DNA of 64,000 nucleotides from Simkaniaceae bacterium (GTDB lineage Bacteria; Chlamydiota; Chlamydiia; Chlamydiales; JACRBE01): NCBI GenBank assembly GCA_021734805.1, contig JAIPIG010000004.1, positions 4,822 to 68,821 of the forward strand, read 5' to 3'. Shown piece by piece: positions 55,267 to 64,000 of this stretch (position 1 is its first letter; each line of letters starts with the position of its first letter). The notes under the pieces were generated by a model. It saw only the letters and a program-made list of their open reading frames with translations, ran no database searches and was not told where the DNA came from. The position numbers and the translations under genes were made by a program.

Positions 55267-58200
55267 TTAACGTTCAACAGACCGGCAAAAACTCTCTTGT
55301 TCCAGCAGTTGAACTAAGCTGTCTTCGCCATTGACACCAAAGCCGGCATCAATCTCAATCGAGCTGATTAATTTTTCCTTTGAAAAGAAGTCTACATTCA
55401 CCTTCCTAGCCCCTGCATGCTGTCTCAAAATTTTCTTTAGTTGTATGACACCCGTCAATTGCATTTGGTCAATATCAATCCGTATAATTACGGGATTCTC
55501 ATCTTCTTTCATTTTGTTGCTCTCTTGCTTTTGTGACGAAAAGCTTTTTCCTTGCCTTTTCCCCCTGCTCATCTCTTGTTGAGATTGAGTAAGGGCCTGC
55601 TCATACGCTGCATCAAGTTGATTCTTAATTTCTTCTGTTAATTGGGTCAAATCTTCTAAAGATTTACACTGAATACGGGGTGGGCTTTCCCTTGCATCGA
55701 CTAGGAGCACTGCTGCTAAAATATTATTTTCAACAAGCAAATGACTATATCTTTCATAATGATCCGACCAAAAAAAGAGTTCATAATTGTGATTTTCATC
55801 GCTAATCGTCGAAATCGCAAATTTTTTACCCGATTTCTGGGAAATTTTGACTGTAGCGGTTTCTAAAATAAACGCCGTTTTAACAGGGTAAATACTATTT
55901 TCTGTCCCCCCCTGATCGATGGGGATTGCTCCAATAAGCTCCATCTCCTTTCGGCATTCCTTGAGAGGGTGCCCCGTGAGATAAAATCCCAATAACTCCT
56001 TTTCTCTTTGAAGAGTATAAAGGCGAGATCTAGGCTCAAAATCGATTGTATCATCACCCATCGCGACGACTTCATTCCCCGAGGAAAATAGATCCAAAAC
56101 ACCTTTTGCTTTCTCTTTTTGAAATCCCACAACGCGATCATAGTGATAATGCAAAATAGCCAGGAGATGAGCGCGATCTTTTTGAGTATAATCAAAACAC
56201 CCCGCTTCGATTAAACACTCAATAATTTTCTTACCGACTTTCCTTGAATCTAGCCTTTCAATAAACTCGATGAGCGTTGCAAAAGACCCATTTAACTCTC
56301 TTTCAGCAACAATTGCTTCAACAACACCCTCCCCAACACCTTTTATGGCAGACATAGCAAAACGAATGCCTTGAGGTGTCGCAACAAATTGAGCTCTTGA
56401 CTCATTGACATCGGGGGAGAGGATCGCAATATGCATTGCTTGACATTCGCGAATATGTTTTGAAATTTTCGCTAGATCAACCATATCGCACGTCATCAGC
56501 GCAGCCATCCACTCCCTTGGATAATTGGCCTTAAGATAGGCCGTTACATAGCTTAAATAGCCATAGGCCGTCGCATGGGACTTGTTAAAACCATAGGAGG
56601 CAAATTTCTCGACCTTGTTAAATATCTGGAGCGCGAGCTTTTCATCAATTCCCTTCTTTTGGGCCCCCTCACTAAACTTTTTCTCCTCTTGCTTCATGAC
56701 AACATGATCTTTTTTACCCATTGCCTTGCGCAATACATCCCCTTCTCCAAGACTGTAACCGGCTAAAGTTTGGGCAATTTGCATCACTTGCTCTTGGTAA
56801 ACGATGATGCCATACGTCTCCATGAGGATATCTTTCATCCATGGATGATCATTCTCAATTTGCTCTTGTCCATGCTTACGCTTAATAAATGACGGGATCA
56901 TTTCCATAGGCCCCGGTCGATAGAGGGCTCCCACCGCAATAATCTCTTCAAATCGATCGATATGAAGTTGTTTAGCTAGATCCTGCATCCCTGCAGATTC
57001 AAGCTGAAATACCCCCGAAGTCTTCCCTTGATTAAGTAGATCAAATGTTTTTCTGTCATCTAATTGTAAATTGACCCAATCAATTTTAGTGCCTTGCGAA
57101 ATTTCAATGGCATCAACGGTCTTTTGAATCGATGTCAATGTTTTAAGTCCTAAAAAGTCAATTTTCAACATCCCAACCATTTCTACAGGCTTCATTGCAA
57201 ATTGGGTTGCTGCCAACTCTGAATCTTTTGCATTACAAATAGGAATATGGTCTGTGAGTGGATCACCGCAAATAATCAGCCCTGCTGCATGAATCCCCGT
57301 ATTTCGAATCGTCCCTTCCAGCTTCAAACCATAATCAATAATTTGAGTCGCATCTCGATCACTTTCATACATGCGTTTGAAATCGGGATCGATTTGCAAA
57401 GCCTTTTCAATCGTTATGTTGAGATCATCAGGAACGAGTTTAGCAATTTCATTGACCTTTGCCAAAGGCACATTGAGAACCCGGCCAATATCTTTAATTG
57501 CCATTTTCGCTTTCATCGTACCAAACGTGATAATCTGAGCGACTTTGTCCTTTCCATATTTGCTAAGTGTATACTCAATCACATCCGATCTTCTTTCCAT
57601 GCAGATATCAACATCAATATCAGGATAAGAGATCCTTTCAGGATTGATAAATCGCTCAAAGAAGAGGTGGAATCGCAGAGGTTCGATGTCAGTTACCCCT
57701 ATTAAGTATAAAATAATTGAACCTGCTCCCGATCCACGCCCGGGGCCAACGGGAATATGATTGCGTTTAGCCCAAGCAATAAAATCATGAACAATCAATA
57801 AATAATCGCACATCCCTTTAGAAGCAATAATCTCAAATTCGTACTCAAATCGCTCCTTAACCACATCCATAGGATCTTTATCGGGATAGATTTCCTTAAC
57901 CTTTTTTAATTTATCCTCCGTATAGCGATGAGGCATCCCCTTTTCAGAAAGATCTCTTAAGTATTTTTCAGCCTCTTTTTGCCTTTGCTCTGCCGTATAT
58001 TTTTTCCCTTCTAATGTAGGAGGCAGGAATACGGGATAAAATTTCTTCGAAAGATCAAATGAAACATCACATTTTTCTGCAATGAGTTGTGTATTTTCAA
58101 TCGCCTCCGGCAGATCTTTAAATAGCTCCGCCATTGCATCATGCGATTTAAAATAGTACTCATGGGAAAATAGAACTCTTCTTTTAGGATTTTTGATTTT

Positions 58201-59001
58201 TCCTCTTCGGTTCCCCATGTGATCAATATCCCAAATCTCACACGTCTCCCCTGACTGGATATTCATTAAAATTTCATGGACTTTCCAATCTTCTCTTTCC
58301 AAATATTGAATGTCATTTGTCGCTACAAGCGGGATGTTGAACTCACTAGATAACGCCTTCAGTACCCCGATTGCTTTTTCTTGCTTCTCAATGAGCATTT
58401 CATACTCTCTAAGAAGCCAAGGCTCTTGATTGATTTCGTCTGCCCTAATCCACTCTTCCTTCATAGGGTGACGTTGAATCTCAAAATAAAAATCCTCTTT
58501 GAATAATGCTTGGAACCAAGAAATTTCTTCCCTTGCCTGCTTCATTTGATCATCGCAAATGAGCATAGGAATTTTTCCCCTGATCGGTCCTGAAAGGCAA
58601 ATTAAGCCTTCAGCATACTGCGTCAAAATATCCTTATCAATGCGCGGCGTATAATAAAACCCCTCCAAATAAGCGATGGATGAAATCTTACATAAATTGC
58701 GATAGCCAATTTCATTTTTCGCAAGTAAAACAATAGGGTGCCCGGGTGGCTGTCCATATTGCTTTTTTTTATCGAGACGACTTCCCGGAGCGACCATCAT
58801 TTCAATGCCAATAATGGGTTTTATCCCTACAGATTTACACCCTTTATAAAAATCAACAACACCAAACATATTGCAATGATCTGTCAAAGCTAAAGCTGAA
58901 AGGCCCTGCTCAGCAGCTTTTGCAATTAAATCTTTAATAGAATTTGTTGCGTTGAGGATACTATATTGAGAATGGACATGTAGAGGAATCCAAGGCTTCA
59001 T
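55267..59001 (-). CDS. dnaE: DNA polymerase III alpha subunit
   Basis: 1244-aa ORF with an N-terminal PHP domain (IPLHVHSQYSILNATNSI...ALTDHCNMFG), a polymerase core (GPGRGSGAGSIILYLIGVTDIEP; FERFINPER.SYPDIDVD) and HhH/OB regions. Confidence 0.95.
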   Translation of the reverse strand: MKPWIPLHVHSQYSILNATNSIKDLIAKAAEQGLSALALTDHCNMFGVVDFYKGCKSVGIKPIIGIEMMVAPGSRLDKKKQYGQPPGHPIVLLAKNEIGYRNLCKISSIAYLEGFYYTPRIDKDILTQYAEGLICLSGPIRGKIPMLICDDQMKQAREEISWFQALFKEDFYFEIQRHPMKEEWIRADEINQEPWLLREYEMLIEKQEKAIGVLKALSSEFNIPLVATNDIQYLEREDWKVHEILMNIQSGETCEIWDIDHMGNRRGKIKNPKRRVLFSHEYYFKSHDAMAELFKDLPEAIENTQLIAEKCDVSFDLSKKFYPVFLPPTLEGKKYTAEQRQKEAEKYLRDLSEKGMPHRYTEDKLKKVKEIYPDKDPMDVVKERFEYEFEIIASKGMCDYLLIVHDFIAWAKRNHIPVGPGRGSGAGSIILYLIGVTDIEPLRFHLFFERFINPERISYPDIDVDICMERRSDVIEYTLSKYGKDKVAQIITFGTMKAKMAIKDIGRVLNVPLAKVNEIAKLVPDDLNITIEKALQIDPDFKRMYESDRDATQIIDYGLKLEGTIRNTGIHAAGLIICGDPLTDHIPICNAKDSELAATQFAMKPVEMVGMLKIDFLGLKTLTSIQKTVDAIEISQGTKIDWVNLQLDDRKTFDLLNQGKTSGVFQLESAGMQDLAKQLHIDRFEEIIAVGALYRPGPMEMIPSFIKRKHGQEQIENDHPWMKDILMETYGIIVYQEQVMQIAQTLAGYSLGEGDVLRKAMGKKDHVVMKQEEKKFSEGAQKKGIDEKLALQIFNKVEKFASYGFNKSHATAYGYLSYVTAYLKANYPREWMAALMTCDMVDLAKISKHIRECQAMHIAILSPDVNESRAQFVATPQGIRFAMSAIKGVGEGVVEAIVAERELNGSFATLIEFIERLDSRKVGKKIIECLIEAGCFDYTQKDRAHLLAILHYHYDRVVGFQKEKAKGVLDLFSSGNEVVAMGDDTIDFEPRSRLYTLQREKELLGFYLTGHPLKECRKEMELIGAIPIDQGGTENSIYPVKTAFILETATVKISQKSGKKFAISTISDENHNYELFFWSDHYERYSHLLVENNILAAVLLVDARESPPRIQCKSLEDLTQLTEEIKNQLDAAYEQALTQSQQEMSRGKRQGKSFSSQKQESNKMKEDENPVIIRIDIDQMQLTGVIQLKKILRQHAGARKVNVDFFSKEKLISSIEIDAGFGVNGEDSLVQLLEQESFCRSVER

Positions 59002-59076
59002 TTTGACAGTGCTCCAATTCGACTGAATCCTTAAAAATACATGATCAAAGAAAAAACGGATAGTCTTTATGGCTGT

Positions 59077-60420
59077 TTAAGCCACTTTCCCTTCAGTAGA
59101 GATGATCTCATCTCGTGATCTAACAGACCAAAGGGGCAATAAGATCAGCACCGAAATACAGGCACAGGCTCCAAGAACCAGGAAGAAGCCGCCCCACCCC
59201 CATTTTGTAGCAATCACCCCAAAAGGGTAAGCGCTAAAGGCTGCGCCGAAATAACCAAACCATCCGGCAAACCCCGTAGCTGTCCCCGCAGCTTTTTTAT
59301 GAGAGAGCTCCGCCGCGGCCATTCCAATCAGCATTTGAGGACCAAAAATCAAGAAACCAATAAAAAAGATAGAAACCGATGCAACGAGATAGTTGCTGTT
59401 TGGAATGATCCAAAGAAGCCCTAGTGCAAAAGTAACAAATAAACTAAATAGCACATTAACCGGACCACGGCGGGAAGCAAATAGGCGATCCGAAATCAGT
59501 CCTGCAATGACGCTACCGAATAACCCACCGATCTCAAACCAAAAAATAGCTCCACCTGCGCTGATCAGGGAGTGCCCTTTTTGCTCCATGAGATAGAGTT
59601 GCCCCCAATCGTTAATTGCGGTCCTAATAGCATAAATGAAAAAATATCCAAAAGCTAAAATCCATAGAAATTTATTAGCAAGGACATACTTAAATAAAAT
59701 TTCCTTTGTAGATAGCTCGCGCTCCCTATCCTCTTCAGAACCCGATACCGCCTCATTCTTGTGCTCCTCAATCGGAGGAAGCCCAAGGGATTGGGGTGTA
59801 TCGCGTAGAGTAATCGCAAGATAGACTCCCCCTAATAGGCAGATAACCCCGGGAACGTACATCGCCATTCGCCACCCAAAAAGCGTTGCGATCAAGGGTC
59901 CCATTAAAATACTGAGCCCGCCTCCTACATTATGAGAGGTATTCCAAATGCCCCACCATCCGCCTCTTTCAGAGCGGGCATACCAATGGGTCAACAAACG
60001 AGCGCAAGGAGGCCACCCCCATCCCTGGAAAAGACCGTTAAGGCCCCAGAAAAGGCAGAAAAACATTAAAGAAGAAGATAAACCAAAGAAAATATTTAAT
60101 AGACCGGTAGCCATCAATCCGATGGCCATAAAAAATCTTGGATTGGAGCGATCACCAATGATCCCGCTCAAAAATTTACTTAACCCGTAGGCAATATATA
60201 AGATGGAACCAAAAATACCCACATCTGCCTTTGTCCATTGAAACTCAATCATTAACGCCGGCAATACAAAGGTCAAACTCTTTCTTGTAAGATAGAAAAA
60301 AGCATATCCAAGATACATGCCAAAGAAAATACGAAGCCGCCAATAGCGATATTTTTTCCTAACTTCCTCTTGATCCTGAATGAGACCAATATGATTCGCT
60401 GCTTTAAATACGCTGAACAT
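59077..60420 (-). CDS. uhpC: MFS organophosphate:phosphate antiporter (hexose-phosphate transporter UhpC-like)
   Basis: 447-aa 12-TM ORF containing YRYWRLRIFFGMYLGYAFFYLTRKS and GDRSNPRFF, typical of the UhpC/UhpT/GlpT family. The adjacency to dnaE matches C. trachomatis. Confidence 0.85.
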   Translation of the reverse strand: MFSVFKAANHIGLIQDQEEVRKKYRYWRLRIFFGMYLGYAFFYLTRKSLTFVLPALMIEFQWTKADVGIFGSILYIAYGLSKFLSGIIGDRSNPRFFMAIGLMATGLLNIFFGLSSSLMFFCLFWGLNGLFQGWGWPPCARLLTHWYARSERGGWWGIWNTSHNVGGGLSILMGPLIATLFGWRMAMYVPGVICLLGGVYLAITLRDTPQSLGLPPIEEHKNEAVSGSEEDRERELSTKEILFKYVLANKFLWILAFGYFFIYAIRTAINDWGQLYLMEQKGHSLISAGGAIFWFEIGGLFGSVIAGLISDRLFASRRGPVNVLFSLFVTFALGLLWIIPNSNYLVASVSIFFIGFLIFGPQMLIGMAAAELSHKKAAGTATGFAGWFGYFGAAFSAYPFGVIATKWGWGGFFLVLGACACISVLILLPLWSVRSRDEIISTEGKVA

Positions 60421-60526
60421 AACTTCTCTTTATCACACAAAAAAACAACAATTTTATATAACAAAAGTGAGTCTGTCAACCTCTTTTATCCCTGAAGCAT
60501 CCTATATACACACGAACTCTCTATAG

Positions 60527-60725
60527 TATGCCGCTCGTGATTCAAGATATACCGCTCGTCATTCAAGAGTTGGTTTTTTTGTCGCCGGCATCCCCGCTTG
60601 GTCGATTTACCTCACCTCTGCCTATTGTCAATAGCGCATCGGTTCGGTAAAGGGCCTTCGGCCCGATCGACCATCGGTATAGCCGGCTTCTAAAAATTCC
60701 AACTCTTGAATCACTCCCGGTATAA
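60527..60725. mobile_element. Family-B palindromic element, long form (178 bp, 60548-60725), preceded by a duplicated partial left terminus (60527-60548)
   Basis: GTATGCCGCTCGTGATTCAAGA is followed by TATACCGCTCGTCATTCAAGAGTTGG...CCAACTCTTGAATCACTCCCGGTATA. The internal segment between the two GCCGGC sites carries its own nested stems (GGTCGAT/ATCGACC, TTACC/GGTAA, CTATTG/CAATAG, GGGCC/GGCCC). Confidence 0.85.
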
Positions 60726-60784
60726 TAATATTTGAAAATAAATTAAATTATTTATTTACTGTAAAAAAGAATAAACCTATTTTT

Positions 60785-61402
60785 ATGACAGATTTTAATA
60801 CAAGCTTAACGAATAATCAGTTCTCATCTTTTTTTAATATGGACGCCGATCCCACCTCCACTATAGAAGAAAAAGGCGCATCAAAATTAGTAAAATTAGA
60901 GAAAAACAAACAGTTTTCTGCCGTTCTTCTTGCATTTATTAAGCAAAAAATCAACGAACTGGAAGATGAAGTCGACCTAATGGAAACCATCTTCATCGCC
61001 GATAATGTGATTCAACATCTGAAAAATCTACGCACCTTATTTCGGATCCTTCAAGAAGAAAATTTATCCCAAAGCTTGGATTATGCCCTAAAATTATCCA
61101 AGGCTTGGAATGGCATCCTTAATTACCAAACATTAGCAACATCAAAAGAAATGCGAGCCGATGCTTATGAAAAAATCACTAAACTCGTCGAATTATTTGC
61201 TCGATTCCCTACAGCTGATGAACATGCCCTGGGACATTATTTAGCAAACTATGCCGGTGAAAATTGGCTTCCGTTCCCATTCATGGGCATCTTGAATGAT
61301 TTATATGAGGAAAACCTGCAAAATGCAAAACGATCCAACTTAGCCATACTGATCAAAATGATCAGTAATATTTTGGAATCCTTTCAAATACCGCATACAT
61401 GA
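60785..61402 (+). CDS. Hypothetical protein, bracketed by family-B repeat ends
   Basis: 205-aa helical ORF. No family recognised. No obvious Shine-Dalgarno sequence. Confidence 0.5.
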   Translation: MTDFNTSLTNNQFSSFFNMDADPTSTIEEKGASKLVKLEKNKQFSAVLLAFIKQKINELEDEVDLMETIFIADNVIQHLKNLRTLFRILQEENLSQSLDYALKLSKAWNGILNYQTLATSKEMRADAYEKITKLVELFARFPTADEHALGHYLANYAGENWLPFPFMGILNDLYEENLQNAKRSNLAILIKMISNILESFQIPHT

Positions 61403-61404
61403 GT

Positions 61405-61439
61405 TAAAAAATTCCAACTCCCGAATCACTCTCGGTATA
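61405..61439. repeat. Solo right terminus of the family-B element
   Basis: TAAAAAATTCCAACTCCCGAATCACTCTCGGTATA compares with TAAAAATTCCAACTCTTGAATCACTCCCGGTATA at 60692-60725. It starts 3 nt after the stop of ORF 60785-61402. Confidence 0.7.
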
Positions 61440-61497
61440 TACGTATTTCTTGTAATTATGCCTCATTGCAGCTAATATTTACGATTAAACAAATAAA

Positions 61498-62811
61498 ATG
61501 TTGATCGATATGAGTTATCAAATCCCAAAAGGCTTATTTGACATCCTTCCCGCCTTTCAATCACCTAATGACTTATGGCGCACTAGTGATTACTGGCATT
61601 ATGTTGAAACAAAACTTAGATATCTTGCCTCTTTATACGGTTATAGTGAAATACGCACCCCCATTTTTGAAAAAACAGAACTATTTACACGCAGTGTTGG
61701 GGACACTTCCGATATCGTTTTTAAAGAAATGTATACTTTTGAGGATAAGGGCAAGCGCTCAATGACCCTTCGCCCTGAAGGAACGGCGCCTGTTATGAGG
61801 GCTCTGATAGAAAGCAGATCTCTTCATGAAACTCCTTATCAAAAACTCTTCTACTTCGGACCATTTTTTCGATATGATCGGCCTCAAGCAGGGCGCTATC
61901 GTCAATTTCATCAATTTGGGGTAGAAAGCATCGGGATTCCCGATCCGGAGCAAGATGCAGAAACGATTGCATTCTTATATCATTGTTTTGAATCCCTTGG
62001 CATTCGCAATCTCGTATTACGACTCAATTCAATCGGAAATCAAGCATCGCGATCGGAATATTGCAAAGCACTTAAATCTTATTTAGAACCCCACAAATCC
62101 CACTTATCTGAAGACTCACAAGCCCGCTTAGAAGCTAATCCTCTACGCATTCTTGATTCTAAAGATTTGAACGACATTGAAATCATCAAAAAGGCCCCTT
62201 CAATTCTAGATTGTTTAGATTCAGATAGCGCAGCGCATTTTTCTAGACTCCAACAACTTTTAAATGAACTTCGAATCCCCTTTAAAATTGAACACAACCT
62301 CGTTCGAGGACTTGATTATTATAATAAAACGGTTTTTGAATTCACCACTGAATCTCTTGGAGCCCAAAATACGATTGGAGCCGGAGGGCGCTACGACGGA
62401 CTGATTGAAAAATTAGGCGGCGCTCAGCTGCCGGCGATTGGTTTTGCTGTTGGCATTGAACGACTCCTTCAAATTTTAATCGAAGAACCCTCTCTACTGC
62501 CACCTCTTACGGGGCCTATGCTTCTATTACTGCCAATGGGAGATGACGCAAAAACAAAAGTTTTGTCTCTTTCTTCAGTACTTAGAAAGCACAACGTTCC
62601 TACTGAGATCTTTTTTAAAAGCAAAAAAGTTCAGAAAGCACTTCAACATGCAGAAAAAATAAAGGCTCAATTTTTTGGAGTTCTTGGCGAAGATGAAATC
62701 AAAAATCAATCGATTAAAATCAAACATCTGTCAACAAGAGATGAAACACTTGTGCCGTTTGATCAACTGCCCAATTTTTTTGAACGGAGACCAAATTACG
62801 GGCAAAGTTGA
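61498..62811 (+). CDS. hisS: Histidine--tRNA ligase
   Basis: 437-aa ORF. Class II motifs are present: FRYDRPQAGRYRQFHQFGVE (motif 2) and GAGGRYDGLIEKLGG (motif 3). There is a C-terminal anticodon-binding domain. An alternative ATG lies at 61510. Confidence 0.92.
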   Translation: MLIDMSYQIPKGLFDILPAFQSPNDLWRTSDYWHYVETKLRYLASLYGYSEIRTPIFEKTELFTRSVGDTSDIVFKEMYTFEDKGKRSMTLRPEGTAPVMRALIESRSLHETPYQKLFYFGPFFRYDRPQAGRYRQFHQFGVESIGIPDPEQDAETIAFLYHCFESLGIRNLVLRLNSIGNQASRSEYCKALKSYLEPHKSHLSEDSQARLEANPLRILDSKDLNDIEIIKKAPSILDCLDSDSAAHFSRLQQLLNELRIPFKIEHNLVRGLDYYNKTVFEFTTESLGAQNTIGAGGRYDGLIEKLGGAQLPAIGFAVGIERLLQILIEEPSLLPPLTGPMLLLLPMGDDAKTKVLSLSSVLRKHNVPTEIFFKSKKVQKALQHAEKIKAQFFGVLGEDEIKNQSIKIKHLSTRDETLVPFDQLPNFFERRPNYGQS

Positions 62812-62816
62812 GTAAA

Positions 62817-62991
62817 TATACCGAAATGAGTTGAAGAATTGGGGTTTTAGCTTTGATGGCGCTTCGAATTTTTATCAGGCTTAGCCGGCTTAATTTTTTG
62901 ATCCTATTGAAGATAGGTCAAAAAAATTAAGGGTAAAAAGTCGAAGATGCCGGCGAAGATAAAAACCAATTCTTCAATTTATTTCGGTATA
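62817..62991. mobile_element. Family-A palindromic MITE-like element (~175 bp), full copy, inverted relative to 53138-53312
   Basis: The ends are TATACCGAAATGAGTTGAAGAATTGG and CCAATTCTTCAATTTATTTCGGTATA. It begins 6 nt after the hisS stop. Confidence 0.85.
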
Positions 62992-63086
62992 ACCTCCCAT
63001 TAATTGCCTCTTTTGCCTGACACAGCTTGCACTCAAATTCTATTCCTAGTAAAATCTAGTACTTTCGCTCTATTTAGGAGAAATTC

Positions 63087-63854
63087 ATGCATAAAAACAA
63101 ACTTTTTCAGTCTATCTTCGTTTTTTTTAGCTTTATGACGATGGCTTTAGTTCAACCAACTTTTGCTGAAGAAAACGAACAGTCCTTACAAAATCTCGAT
63201 TTAAACCAAGTTTCAGAATCTTTTGGTCACTTGATTAAAAAAAATATCGAATCCTTAGGTTTAGATTTTGACGTCAATTTAATTATTAAAGGCATTCAAG
63301 ATTCAATCGCAGGAAAAGAACCTCCTCTTAATGAAAACGATTGCGTTCAAGCTATTTCACTCATCCAAGAAAATGCCTTCCACAAACAATCTAAAATTAA
63401 CCTTCAATTAGCTGAAGACTTTCTCGCAAAAAATCGGTTAAATAACAATGTTATTGAACTTGAAGATGGGAAGTTACAATATGAAATCGAACAATTAGGA
63501 TATGGTGAATCTGTTCAAGAAGATGATAATCCCACCATCCGTTACTCAGGTGAATTTGCCGATGGGAATATCTTTGCCTCATCTAATAATGACGAAGTCA
63601 TTTCTCTCCAGGATATGATTCCGGGACTAGCAAGAGTCATTATTGGAATGAAAGAAGGGGAAAAAAGAGTCGCCTATCTTCATCCTGAATTAGCATATGG
63701 TGAGTCAGGCTATCTTCCACCTAACTCACTCCTCAAATTTCATATTGAAGTCATCAAAGCGAATACACCCATTGCTGATGCAGACACACAAGCTGCAGTA
63801 GACCAATCTCTGGAAGAACTCGCGAGCCAAGAAGGAGAAGAGGCACTTCGCTAA
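63087..63854 (+). CDS. mip: FKBP-type peptidyl-prolyl cis-trans isomerase, Mip-like
   Basis: 255-aa ORF with a signal sequence, an FKBP_N-like dimerisation helix region and a C-terminal FKBP domain (YSGEFADGNIFASS...GMKEGEKRVAYLHPELAYGESG...LKFHIEVIK). Confidence 0.85.
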   Translation: MHKNKLFQSIFVFFSFMTMALVQPTFAEENEQSLQNLDLNQVSESFGHLIKKNIESLGLDFDVNLIIKGIQDSIAGKEPPLNENDCVQAISLIQENAFHKQSKINLQLAEDFLAKNRLNNNVIELEDGKLQYEIEQLGYGESVQEDDNPTIRYSGEFADGNIFASSNNDEVISLQDMIPGLARVIIGMKEGEKRVAYLHPELAYGESGYLPPNSLLKFHIEVIKANTPIADADTQAAVDQSLEELASQEGEEALR

Positions 63855-63875
63855 GAGTGTATCTTTACCATTTTT

Positions 63876-63910
63876 AAGGCATTCTCATTTATATTTGGGG
63901 ATGCCTTTTT
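63876..63910 (+). terminator. Weak terminator-like hairpin after mip
   Basis: A 7-bp stem AAGGCAT / ATGCCTT (63876-63882 and 63901-63907) is followed by TTT. The 18-nt loop makes it weak. Confidence 0.35.
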
Positions 63911-63934
63911 CATTAAATCTCCATTAAGAACTCT

Positions 63935-64000
63935 ATGGAAATTATATTATATCAACCTCAAATCCCCGCAAATACGGGAAATATCATTCGAACATGCCGC
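63935..64000 (+). CDS. trmL: Partial CDS (first 22 codons, runs off the window end): SpoU-family tRNA 2'-O-methyltransferase TrmL-like
   Basis: My own translation from the ATG at 63935 gives MEIILYQPQIPANTGNIIRTCR. This is the characteristic TrmL/YibK N-terminus (..L..P.IP.NTGNI.R.C). Confidence 0.6.
   Translation, partial: MEIILYQPQIPANTGNIIRTCR

Overview
This 64-kb window looks like a Chlamydiae chromosome, probably an environmental or amoeba-associated chlamydia-like organism, at roughly 40% GC by eye. All functional calls come from motif recognition in the supplied ORF translations and my own reading of the DNA. No database search was run.

Core content:
- A chlamydia-type ribosomal-protein superoperon on the minus strand (rplC through rplO, then secY-rpsM-rpsK-rpoA-rplQ, 27.8-40.1 kb), followed by gapA.
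- The block fmt-lpxA-fabZ-lpxC-lnt.
- lon, tsaB, dnaJ-rpsU, rsmA(ksgA), dacC, rsbW, dnaE, uhpC, hisS, mip and the start of trmL.
- A Cu+ P1B-type ATPase, a P2-type cation ATPase, a SulP/STAS transporter and one tRNA-Leu(UAA).
- Local gene order parallels what I recall for Chlamydia trachomatis CT505-CT534 and CT541-CT551.
- I saw no rRNA, CRISPR array, transposase or prophage genes.

Non-core content worth attention:
1. Three families of short palindromic MITE-like elements. Families A and B share TATACCG...CGGTATA ends. Family C has CTCGACTTTGCAACTT ends and a central GC-rich hairpin. Full, internally deleted and solo-terminus copies occupy most long intergenic spacers. Several intrude into the ends of predicted ORFs.
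2. A lineage-specific island (8.6-13.0 kb) between tsaB and dnaJ. It holds two tandem paralogues (672 and 678 aa), each with a conserved N-terminal module and about 8 copies of a 40-42-aa 'FAREI' repeat. There are in-frame VNTRs and the scar of a third copy. These are candidate novel effectors.
3. A low-GC AlbA_2/HATPase_c_4/wHTH gene next to lon. It carries a 21-bp in-frame VNTR, and its stop codon lies inside a repeat terminus.
4. Several Inc-like membrane proteins, one of them at the position of CT529.
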